Of a stretch of DNA of 64,000 nucleotides, positions 51,322-62,831 are shown one piece after another. The stretch spans positions 94,860,001 through 94,924,000 of the forward strand of contig CM060731.1 in the NCBI GenBank assembly GCA_030704615.1. The letters are read 5' to 3'. Numbering within the stretch: the first letter of the stretch is position 1; every line of letters starts with the position of its first letter. The notes below the pieces were generated by a model. It worked only from the letters and a program-made list of their open reading frames with translations, made no database searches and was not told the origin of the DNA. The translations under genes were made by a program, and so were the position numbers. This stretch comes from Takakia lepidozioides. Taxonomy: Eukaryota; Plantae; Bryophyta.

Positions 51322-52007
51322 GTGCTCTCTCCTCACTTGCTGAAACACACATACCACTTTTCAGTCCGAAGTTTTTGTCCCCAGTGAAGTTGACATAAGT
51401 TAAACCCAGTTTTCGACCTGTATGCGGTGTGATGTGAGCATCTGTGATCATCAGCAGCAGAAGTATATAAACCTATTGACCACAATCAGCAGACCAGTCA
51501 GCAGACAGTGTCTGGGGACTATGACTGAATCAGAGAGCAAAAGAGAAAAATGATTCTTAGTCAAGACAAGCAGGCATACGTGAAGCAGTATTCCTTGTCA
51601 CATATGATGCAGTCCTTGACCACCCCTCCCATCCTCAGATTCTGCCTCTCTTACCAAGCACATCCAGGAAGTGTTCACATGTTGTGCATCTTGCATGTGG
51701 CTACTGTTTTCCCCCAAAATATCTCCAAGAGTAGCTCTCTCTTTCTTGGCTCCCCCATGAAGCAACCGAGATCCTAACCTTCCTTTCCTTCAACCTCTTT
51801 GATGTCGTTTTGTCTGGCCCATGTAGAGACTGTTTGCAGATGGGTTAGCAGCACCTACTGATTGAGACAACCAGATGGTGGTACCACTGGAAGGGATTGT
51901 CCAATAAACACTACTTATTTGTTCTTTCAAACTTCAGAGTCCCCTTGATTTTCAGATTTGGGCCACAAAAGAATCCATGAAATGTCAAAAAAAAAGCACT
52001 AACCTTA

Positions 52008-52947
52008 TCATGCGTGTAAAATGTGACGACAAACAATCTCTCGTAGCTCAGCACCTACACTCAGGCCCCTGTCGACAACCGGCTCTTCATCATGAGCTAG
52101 ATGATCTCGCTCCCTGATTGCTTCAAGCGCATCCATCTCGTTGAATACATCATCAAAGTCCACTTCCTTGAAGTCCACAAGTATGTTGTAAAGGATGCAA
52201 CATGCATGGATCACCTGTGGTAGAAATGTAATATCAAGGCCGCTTCTCCAACCCACTTCCTTGAAGATACGTTTGAGCCGTCCAAATGCAATCTCACTAT
52301 AAATCCTCGCTTTTGACAACTGATGGTTGAACACGGTCTTGGCTCTAGAGAGTGCCGGAGCATTGGCAGCTCTTTTGTAGCTAGCTATCAGCCAAGGAAG
52401 GCAGGGATATATGGCATCCCCGAGAAGGATAGGTGGGATAGTCTGGCCATTGTCCAAAATAACGCTTTCTCCCCGCAATATAGTTCCTTGAGAAGCCGGT
52501 AAGAAGAGTGGGGAGTTGCGCAACACTCTCGAGTCATTAATACTTCCCGGCTCCCCAACATAAATATCTACAAATTTTGCATCAGGATTGACAACGCCCT
52601 GCAACACCATTGAGTAGTATCCAAGTCTATTGCGATAGTCGAGTTTGATATTGTTTGCAGGGGCTTGAATCCTGATTTGCGTACAATCGATCACCCACTA
52701 CATTTGGAATTCCAGATCTACGTTCATTTTCAAGCATGGATGTCTTTAGGGTATCACCAGCCTCCCATCGAAGGTGGTGACCTAACACAAACACAATAGC
52801 AGGTACAACTTGACGTAAGAGCTCATATAGTGTCGCTGCACCAATTCCAAATGCTTCTGTCATTTCAGCGGTAGTTGCTGCCCATATCAATTTGTAGGTT
52901 GCTCTCCAAATTCCTGTTTCCCAACACAAAGCCGGTACCAACCCCAT
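52008..52947 (-). mobile_element. PIF/Harbinger DDE transposase (HARBI1-like), frameshifted
   Basis: IDCTQIRI, YSMVLQGVV, PGSINDSRVL, LLGDAIYP, FNHQLSKARIYSEIAFGRLK, ACCILYN. Confidence 0.9.
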
Positions 52948-53749
52948 TTATGTCTTCTAGTAAAAGAAGCCTGAGACGGTGATTGACCCTTCACTCAGAG
53001 CTGCTTGATGGTAAATGCCATCAAATCTAAACTATTAGACATGGATAGAGAAGTGGCTCATGCTGGACTAATTAACCAACCCTCATATCCCAGCTTATCC
53101 AGAACAGTTGGGGTAAGACTGGAATCAGCGTGCTCCAATTGATTTCAAGAGGCAATGATCCAAAGATGTAAGGTACACCAAGATCATTGACTCTGATTCT
53201 TGAAGCAAGACAGACCTGTCAAACAGGCCAAGTCACGCCAGAGAAGGGAAGAATTGAACTGGGCCAAAGCCCAGCTCAGATCTTCACAGTAGTTAGATGT
53301 ACAGCTGGGATTGAAGAACTACCTGAAGTGCTCCCCCACTTAAGCTCATACTAAGAGTAGCTACTTTTTTTTGTTCGTAAACCCAGCTTGAAAAAGGGGA
53401 ATCCATTGTCCGGCATGTGGAAGTAATGAAGCTCGAGACCAAGCCAAAACTATGACAATCCTTAGGTTTGAGTTCTGAAGGGAATACCTACATCAAATTG
53501 TTGCTATGAATTTAGAGCTCACTAAAGCAAATCTGGAGGGGAGAACCGGCTGCGTACATCACTCCCACAACGGAAACTAATCTTCCCAACTGTAGTGGCA
53601 CCCATTCTGCTCACTTCCCTTCCCCGTCGACTATCTAGTATTTGTAATCCATCCAAACCAACCATCAGGTCTGAAAATGCAAGCATGCACACAGGGAAAA
53701 ATGGCATGTGTAATGTGTCATCTCTCTTTTTGTCTACCTCCTCTCGTCA

Positions 53750-53786
53750 CCACCAGGCTACAGAAAACGTCATCTTATGAGTACAT
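53750..53786 (+). mobile_element. LINE 3'-tip copy
   Basis: CCAGGCTACAGAAAACGTCATCTTATGAGTACAT. Confidence 0.65.
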
Positions 53787-55288
53787 CATCATGCCGGACC
53801 TCCTGTGGACGTAAAAAATATCTTCCTTTTCGTCTTTCAAGTGCGTGCACTCCATTCCTCAGACAGAACCAGTCTTTATGTCCATCATTGAAACTAAATA
53901 TGTTTCATTTCTGTCATTCTAGGAAACAATCTGTCTCCATGTTGTGAAGGTTGGGTGCATCTAATCATATTCACAACAGTCACTTGAAGAACCAAGACTA
54001 TGCATCACATAGACCTTTGCACCAGACCAGACCGTACCTTCACAGACCCTGTGAATACAATGCAGTGTCTGGGTTGCAGCGATGTTGTGCCTATGGCATT
54101 GGCTCGAAGCTACGTGCATCCCGCAGCGCCCGCACCAGTGGAGAACATGGTTTCAAGCGACGAAGTGGCCTCTGTCACCCTTCCAGCCCAAGTGGCTCCT
54201 CAGCTGGAGCTACCAAAACCTGATCCAGTAGTGCAGCAAAGCCTCCAGTAATGTGCTCCTGGCCCGAATGTGCTCCTGTCTCGTCCTGTCGTCCTCGTTG
54301 CTCCTTTGGCTATGGCGTAAAGGTGACAAGATGGCGAGGGAAAATGGCGAGAGGAAGTCGGGCAGGGGCAGGCGAACGCGTGTTTTAAACTAACATTATG
54401 CACTAAAACATGTTAAGCTAAAACTTTGGTGCGGCAGGGATAGTGCTAGTTGGAGCAGCGGTTACGAAAACGGGCCTGCTAAAGCCGTTAGCAGGTATTC
54501 TACGCTAGCAGGTGCGGCGGGGGCCTTATAGGGTTCCGCCAAACTCTGCATTTTCTCGTCTTGCTAGTTACTCAGTTTAGCAGCGGCACTACTTTGCCCG
54601 AGTTTCTACATCTAGTCATAGTCGCCGCCATGCTTTCTGCCCAAGCTCTTGGTGTCTTCACGCGCAAGTCTCACCGTCTTACCGCCTGCCTCCGCAATAC
54701 CATGTTCTGCTGCTTCATAGCGCTTCTATTAAGCCCTCTCTCAGCGTTTTCCGGCTGGAGAGTTCGTGACGACCACTGGCCTCCCCCTCCACTCAGTACT
54801 CTCAGCAGGGTGATAAAACCCGCTCAACACTACTGGCGCCCTCCCGCTCCTGTTCGGCACACCTCTCTCTCCCCACAGGCTGCCGTGTTACTTCTGTTTC
54901 TCTACCTCTTTCGAATCTCTCGACTAATGGTTCCCTTCTTCTGCGGCTCTTCCTGGCCCCTATGTCCGTTTGTGGAGGGCTTGGTCACGTCCTTCTTGCG
55001 AGTTACTGGAGTCTAAGAAGAGGTTGGAGTGGCTTGCCTGACATACGAGCTCACGGGTCCTGGGAATCGGCCTCATCACCGTCTTCACCCTCACTTTGAC
55101 TGCAGCAGCAACTTCCAGCCACCCCAAATTCCTGCCAACTCGCCATGTTCACTACGCACCCGGAACCGTCTTCCACTACGATCTGCTAAACTACGAGCCG
55201 GTTCTTGTTCTCCCTCATCCAGATGTGACTAGCTCCATAAACTGCGTGCAATGGCTACCCAGCAGGCTGGCAGGTCGGGCTCTTACGT

Positions 55289-55652
55289 TCACCCAAGAGT
55301 GGCACACGTACTGAGAACACAAATGAATGTTATACTGTCGGGCTGCACCCCTTCCCATTGCATTTGAACATACATCTCAAAAGCTTCCCTACCACAACCA
55401 GGCTCCATGAGACCACATCTCGTCGATTCATATTGTTGATTCACAGAACACACGCTTTCTTCATGCCCTCGCATTTGGCATACACATCAACAAGGGTATT
55501 TTCCAGATTTATATATGATGGGATTCCAGCTTTGATGATATCAACGTGGACCTCTTTGCTCTTTACCAGGGCACCAAGGCTGGCACACGCATTGAGAGCA
55601 CAACTGAACGTGATCATGTCTGGTCTCACACCTTCCCGCTGCAAATGCTCAT
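55289..55652 (-). pseudogene. PPR fragment
   Basis: EGVRPDMITFSCALNACASLGAL...NTLVDVYAKC...GVQPDSITFICVLSTC. Confidence 0.85.
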
Positions 55653-56177
55653 TGTAAAGAAACGTTACAAAGGGTGAGAGGTAGTGCCACTGTACCATAG
55701 AGGGGAAGTGGCGTACAACATTGAAGCACCGTACAAGCCTTGTAGCCAGCGAATCGTTGTTGTTCCTATATGTGATCATCATCTTAGGGATATGGAGCCG
55801 CATCCCTGCCGCTACAGCTTCTGCATTTCCTTCCATGTGGAGTGCTGGGGTCAACCCCTGTACCTCTTTTCTTAGCTTGTAGTTGGGTATCCCGTTGTCA
55901 ATGTGCCTCATAACGAGCTTCTTCCTGGCTGTGGTAAACAGAGCTTCCGGGGAAGCAGCATGCATGATGGTCGCGGAAGTGCGAGATTCCCAGACGTAGT
56001 CCTCAGTGCGGGCCTTGCAAGCATTGTTCCAAATCCCAGAGTTACCATGCCTGTGCTGAAGAAGGGGGCGGGTAGGGGGGAGGGCAACCTGGTGGCGGGG
56101 GTGCAAAGAGTACGAGGGGGAGTTGCGCGCCCAAGGGTGGCAGAGGGCCCAGTGATGGAATTTACAACACACACGTT

Positions 56178-56445
56178 GTGATGCAGCTTGTGGGAGCAGG
56201 GACGTGATATGGAGGCTTTGGAGACCTATGATCAAATGATGGAGGAAGGGGAGAAACCCGACCACAACACGTTTATGTGCATTTGCAGTACGTGTGCAAG
56301 CATGGCAGCTCTGGTAAAGAGGTCCATGGCGACATTATCAGAGCTGGAATTGTATCAAATGTCATTCTGAACAATACCCTCGTGGACATGTATGTAAAAT
56401 GTGGGTGCATTGATGATGGAAAGGGAGTGTTCGACAGACTGCAGG
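56178..56445 (+). pseudogene. PPR fragment (opposite orientation)
   Basis: EGEKPDHNTFMCICSTCASMAAL / GKEVHGDIIRAG...NTLVDMYVKCG. Confidence 0.8.
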
Positions 56446-57519
56446 CTGCCCTTGCAGATATGTATGCCAATGTGAGAGCATGAAGGATGCACGTCCAGCT
56501 ACAGATGCCAACAATGTCACCCCGGTGATGCGACAACGGGCAACACTCTTGCCTCCAGATGTACAGCTGAATCCACCCGCACCACTTTGTGGACTGACGA
56601 GATTTTTCGAGATTGGAGCCCTCCGCTGGCAGGAACAGTTGGCCTGGCCTAGTGCCCTTAGCTGGTGGCATAAGTTGGTTGGCGCCTTCGAGTCATGCAG
56701 TACAGCTGCTAAAGATGCCATCCTGGGGCCTCTCATGCTGAGGGAGTACACCCACCCATTTTCCCAACCCTGGCTGCTCCCCCCCCCCTCTCCTTGACAA
56801 ACAGATCTCACGTTGCATGTATTGAATTCTCATCACTCTCTGATACTGAGCTGCTGTGTTCCAGATGGCTCCCCGAATTGAAGAGATACCCAACCGTCAA
56901 ACATGACTCACCACGCACAACCCTAAGGCACCCTGATGGTCAATTCCAGCATATGCGGCAGACTGTATCATGTCAGCCACCACTAATGGTATCACAATCC
57001 ACTTGTCCAGGTACAAGACCTCATAATCTCTATCAGCTGAAGCATAGTCTCTGCACAGGCTCAGTTTCAAGCAAGGACTACTCAACATTCTCGATCTCCT
57101 CTCCCCAAGTTGCTTGGGCATATGGACTCTCTCTATTTCAAACAATTTCTCATACCAATACCAGACTATGTCTGTTCAGCATGTACCTCTCTTTCCAGTT
57201 ATGTGACAAGGCCTCACCCCTTGGTATTATCCCTAATCTGTACTCACCGTTATTTGTTCATCGCTCCAACCCTCATCTCTTTCTTACAGGCTATTTTCCA
57301 AGTGTGGACCACTCAACATTCTCTCTCCCAAGCTACTTGGGCACACTGGCTCTCTCTATTTCAAACAATTTTACACACTTGTTAATCTCCCCACACAGTT
57401 TTAGACAATGATTTTTACTCCATGTTCCTACTCGATTCTCATATATGTTATTTCTCGAATGACTGCCACTCAATACACTACCACTCTCCTTTACAAGATA
57501 TTCGGAGCTACTGGCTAGC

Positions 57520-57742
57520 TTGCGAAAATGCTACCTTGGAAAAATGTTACCTTGGAAAAGTGCTACCTTGGCAAACTGCTACCTTGGCAAATTGTCACCT
57601 TGGGAAAATGCTACCTTGAAAAATTGCTACCTTGGGAAATTGCTACCTTTGGAAATTGTTACCTTGGGAAAATGCTACCTTGGAAAATGTTACCTTGGAA
57701 AAATGCTACCTTGGGAGAATGTTACCTTGGGAAAATGCTACC
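57520..57742. repeat. Minisatellite, ~16-18 bp unit GGAAAATGCTACCTTG
   Basis: About 13 degenerate copies. Confidence 0.9.
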
Positions 57743-57804
57743 TCATTTCACTGCTATTCACATCATTTACTATAACTGAACATTACCACTCTTTTTTACA
57801 AAGT

Positions 57805-58048
57805 CTTTCAAATGATTATCATCCATCATTTTCCAGCTCTCTTTCAAGTGATTATCATCCATCATTCTCCAGCTCTCTTTCAAGTGATTATCATCCCAAC
57901 ACTCTCCAGCTCTCTTTCAAGTGAATATCATCCATCACTCTCCAGCTCTTTTTCAAGTGATTATTATCCATCATTCTCCAGTTCTCTCTCAAGTGATTAT
58001 CATCCATCATTCTCCAGTTCTCTTCTTTCAAGTGATTACCATCCATCC
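57805..58048. repeat. Minisatellite, ~33-36 bp unit CTTTCAAGTGATTATCATCCATCATTCTCCAGCTCT
   Basis: About 7 copies. Confidence 0.9.
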
Positions 58049-58389
58049 CGCACCCACCAAATGGCCCAAGTAGAAGGCGCCATATGCCTACACCAAATAA
58101 AATCAAACCCTTCTGCACTCATACACCCAACCGTCATCTGAATGCGTTCATCCCGTCCCTGCCCAGAGCCATCCATCCACGCTACTCGCCTACTCACCTT
58201 ATAGCCCCAACACTTAAAACCACAACCCCCACCAAATGATATCTCATTCATCCACAGATGCACCCACAACCAACACCATCAATCGTTATCTTACTCCCTC
58301 CCCCCCTACATCAAACATATTTCATTAAGTATATGCACACACACCTTCCTAGCAATAGCCACTCTTCTTCCTGTTCTTAATAAATGGCA

Positions 58390-61296
58390 GACACGGTGGC
58401 TGTTGATCTGGAATGCATCCGAGAGTATAAGGACCATGTGGTCTTTTCCACTCAAAGTTTCCGACCGTGCAGTGGATGTGTGGTTCAACCGCATGACTTG
58501 GTGGTTCCAGTTAATTCAAGGTACATCCCCCGATTTGCTTTGCTGGAATGGATTCCGTGAACTGCTACGTGACAATGCATGTTGGAAACGCAGGTAATGA
58601 CGAATGTGAAGGAGCAAGTCGTAATGCATACAAATTCGTTCGGCTTGTACGTCAAATGGGATGGAACACAGACATTGGAAGACTACGTGACACGTTTCAG
58701 ATGTGCGTACAAGGACAACCTCTTCGCCAAGGAGCTGCAGACAGTAAAAAGGAGCGTGGAGTTTACACACCAGGAGGGGGCGGGAAAAGCTGCAATGCGA
58801 ATTGTGTACAGGTGAAACCCAGCTCCCGTTGTTTGCAAAAGCTGGGTTATGAGGTTTGTCTAGGAAATGCGGCACCGCATTCGCACTTTATCTTTTCGGT
58901 TGCACTATGCGAATACATGGTCATAACTTGTGCTCACGCATGCTGACTGTCATGTAGGTATATGAAATATGTGCTTCTTAAGACAGGGGCCATGGCTCAA
59001 GAGCCACCATTCTTCATGGCTTGGACCGTGGCGGGCCCAAGCTGTGTCTACCTACCAGAGATGCAGAAACAATGGCATGCCGCGCATCTCGTTGGATGCT
59101 CGTGGTACCTGAACATGTCTGGCGGACTTGTTGACGAATCGGAGAAAGATTTGCACGCGAAAGCGGAGGAGAAGAGAAAGGAAAGACGTGTCTCTGCTGG
59201 GCCTGAGTTGGCAAAGGACGTTGCTGCTCTGGAACAATCCAGAAAGGCAGCTGAGATGGCACAGAAGACGATGGATGCAGCTGTGTAGGCTCAACAGAAG
59301 GGGTCGAAGAAGAGGACTCGTCAGCAAGGAGCAGCAGTTGTAACACCCAAGAAGACGAAGAAGCAGAAACAGAAAGAGCAGAAAGATGGTGACGAAGAGG
59401 ACTCCGATGGAGACTTTGCAACCAGCCCACCCCCCGAAACGCAGCCGAAATCCCTTATGCCCACCGTTGTCACAAGAGGGACGAGAACAGGCTCAGCAAA
59501 GAAGGCACTTTTCAACCTCCCGGGGGGGCACCCTTTCGAGCCGATGGAAATGAAGAGGCCAAAAATGGAGCCAGAAACAGTAGTTCAGTGTGTCAATGAG
59601 AGTTTCTTGGCGGCTTTGGATGGACGGGCAGCCAAGTTGGCATACATCAAGACCATGGAGGGTCTGAAGGGCAGAGCACTGAAGAAGGCGGCTGAAGCAG
59701 AGCCTTCCGACACCCCTGGGTTTCTGAAGATGGTCTTGTTCTTTGAGAAGGTGTGTGCAGGGAAGGATTGCAGGAGGGGCAGAAAAGCCACCGAGTGGTT
59801 TTGCGATATGATCATCTTGGATATTCCGGACGGAGAGCCTGTGGAAGGACTGCAAGCTTTGCCATCTTGGAACAGGTACTCCGAGGACTTTTGGAAGAAA
59901 GGATTCGGGCTCGCCCGCATGGTGTTGGACGACAAAGGCTGTGTGGTTGTCCTGGCGAGCAGAGGCAAAAACACGGAGACAAGAATTACGAAGTGGACCC
60001 GCAAGAGCGTCGTCCCAATTCTGAAGAAGAAGTGGACATGCATCAACACATTGGGCCTTCGGTCGGAAGGGAAGAAGGTAATTATGACATTAGCAATCGT
60101 CCTTTCATTTTGTAACCTGTTTTGAAATGCGGTGCCGCATTCGATTTCTAATCGTTTCCCACTGTGTATGCAGACGAAGCAGTTCGATGCATACTGCTTT
60201 GTGAAGGAGAACTCGAGCTTTGCTTTCCGGAAGGAGGGATTGCTGGTTGACCCGAACTGCGACCCCATCGATTACGACGTCATGTTCAACAACGTTCCCA
60301 CGGAACTCCTCCCCCATAGCCTCACTTCAACGGATCCCCTGCGGTATTCACGGACTCATAGCCATGCCTTCATCCAGACAATTATAGAGACATGTACTGA
60401 CCTGGAGGGCAGAGTGCTGGACCTCATCTGTGGAGTAGGTATGCAGATTCTTGTACTATGTTGTTCTGTGAATTCTCATTCCGTTCAAATTCGCCATGTG
60501 TGAAGGGCCATTTATTAATGAGTGGATGGCATTGTGACAGGTGCCTCAATGTGGGCTGGGCAATTTTCCGACCGGCACCTCTTTGCCTACGAGGAGGACA
60601 CATCCGTCTGGGGATCCCATCTGGAAGGGCTTCAACGGAATGTGAAGGCTCCAATCAAAGCCAAAGATTCCCCGGATGATTCGTCGGACTCGGAGGAAGA
60701 GACAGTGGACATTGATGCTGAGGAGAACCCGGAATACGAGTGAGTGCAAACATTGTAAGTTTGCAAAGCCTTCTGGGTGATTTTTTGTCACACGCATTTC
60801 CGGACTGTGGTTCTCATTGGTCTCGTGGGTGATTGTTATGTGCGAAACCTATAGGGCCTACATTTCTTGCCAGGGGGAAGTCCCGTTCTATGCGAGGACC
60901 GACTTTATGAAGAGCCCGGTGAAGGACTACTCTCTTCCTAGTTATGCAGCTAAACTCGCAAATACAGCGATTAGACGATGTGAGAATCCCAGTAAAGTAA
61001 AGCTGATTTTGGAGAGGGCTAGGGAGGATAGAAGGATAAGGAAAGAGTTGGCAGCAGCTGAGATAGGTAGACGGGTGCGAAAGTATATATGTGATTCAGC
61101 GGAAGAGAGCGATGCAGACAGGGAGGACGACGACCCAACGGAGGTGAGATGGTCGGTTCAGCAAGGGGAAGATGGGATTTTTGAAAGCTTGGCCAATGAG
61201 CAGTCTGCTGGACATGAGAAAGGCGATGACGGGGTGGAAGGGGAGCAGGACAGTCAAGGACAGGACGACGATAGTGATGATTTTCAAGATTGGTAG
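58390..61296 (+). pseudogene. Spliced beta-class N4C/N6A DNA methyltransferase-like gene (copy B; one premature stop, 5'-truncated)
   Basis: Exons ~58390-58520, 58594-58811, 58958-60077 (TAG at 59286-59288), 60174-60438, 60541-~60739 and 60874-61296. Motifs: DMIILDIPDG (59820-59834), ARMVLDDKGCVVV, AFIQTIIETCTDLEGRVLDLICGVG|ASMWAGQFSDRHLFAYEED. Confidence 0.78.
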
Positions 61297-61427
61297 AATT
61301 TTAATTAACTCTCTGTACATTTACATTCTCTTCCAGAGTATATAAAGGAAATTCTCCCCGTCCTTGATGTCCCCTCTCCCATGTGCTTCTAAACGACACC
61401 ATCTTCCAAACCATGTCCTTCCCAAAA

Positions 61428-61985
61428 CTGGAAATGCGGCACCGCATTTCCATAACCGGGGCAAGAACAATTTTTCCGTTTCCTGGTTTGGACATCAGAA
61501 ATTGTTCGGCCGAACGGAAATGCGGTGTCGTTTTCGACACGGAAGTTCTGCCGATTGCCAGCTCCTTCCATGGAGGTAAATGGAAATGCGACACCGCATT
61601 CGGAGGTCGAACACGTTATTTACATGACCGACATGGAAATGCGGTGCCGCAATTCCATTTTAGAGATGGATGTTTTTCCAATTCCAGACCCTCCGACGGA
61701 AATGCGGTGCCGCATTTCCATTTGGAGATGGATGTTTTTCCAATTCCAGACCCTTCGACGGAAATGCGGCACCGCATTCCATTGTCCAATAAGAAATTTC
61801 GATAACGGACATGGAAATGCGGTGCCACATTTCCAGAACGGACATCGTTGTTTGTCCAATTGCAGACCCTTCGACGGAAATGCGGCACCGCATTCCATCG
61901 TGCTAGACGGAAATACGGTGCCGCATTCCATTGTCGAATACGAAATTTTGATGACGGACATGGAAATGCGGTGCCGCATTTCCGA
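61428..61985. repeat. Array of palindrome GGAAATGCGG(TG/CA)CCGCATTTCC (~10 copies)
   Basis: Direct reading. Single copies also occur in introns at ~58863 and ~60124, and at ~63131. Confidence 0.92.
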
Positions 61986-62258
61986 GCTTGGGCATGGAGA
62001 TATTTCCTTTTACTCATACATGGATTTCCTTCCCCTCAGGACTCTGATATCGCTGACTATGATATATTCATGTGGACAGACACATTGTAGAAATGAGACC
62101 ACAAATTGTAAACAGTGGGCCAATTACTGCAGTTCTTGAATACAATGAAACACAACACATAGAAGTAAGGGACGATGGGTTATTTTATTGATTGAACACG
62201 ATGTCTCACATTTAGCAACTCAAGACAAATCTAAGCCCTTCTGCCTTCTGCATGGGCG

Positions 62259-62831
62259 TCACCAAGTCGACGGAACTTCGATAGCCCTCAAAACAAGCTC
62301 ATTACTGACGCGGCACCTCCAGGTAAACTGCAATGTGGTCGTTCTGGTGCCCTTGGTGGAGCTGACGACAATGTCATGCCCATCAATGATACCACCATCA
62401 TACATTGACAAGGTCACTGTGGGCCTCATGTGCCCGTGCGATTCATCTTCGCAACTCATGTATCCATACACTGGAAGAGCGGAGTGAACTCCACGAATAT
62501 AGTTTTCCCCGGTGCCGTCCTCCCTGGTCCACTCGCAGTAGTTCCAGCGCCAAAGCGAGGCCGTGCGTGATCTGTCCGGCATCCCATTCCAGCTTGGTAT
62601 ATCGAGGTCAACAATTTTCAGGACCCACGGACCGCATTGACCCTCGCCCTCACCTCGCTCAAAGCGGTAATAGCCCTCCAAATACTCCATTGCGCGCAAA
62701 GACTCCCGCTTGATTCCAGAAGCGTCAGTGAAAATTGAGAGCCACACAATGATGTCTCCTGATTCTGGTTTGAACATTGCATAATCGTGGCCATGATAAG
62801 GGCAATCATCAGGATTGCGGCGGCACGGCAT
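62259..62831 (-). CDS. Hypothetical protein (transposon cargo), Trp/Cys/Gly-rich, 190 aa
   Basis: Uninterrupted ORF with protein-like composition between the palindrome array and the element terminus. Confidence 0.4.
   Translation of the reverse strand: MPCRRNPDDCPYHGHDYAMFKPESGDIIVWLSIFTDASGIKRESLRAMEYLEGYYRFERGEGEGQCGPWVLKIVDLDIPSWNGMPDRSRTASLWRWNYCEWTREDGTGENYIRGVHSALPVYGYMSCEDESHGHMRPTVTLSMYDGGIIDGHDIVVSSTKGTRTTTLQFTWRCRVSNELVLRAIEVPSTW

Noticed and set aside
54505-54528. Possible Harbinger TIR end (GGGGGCC|TTA)
   Set aside because: No matching opposite terminus was found.
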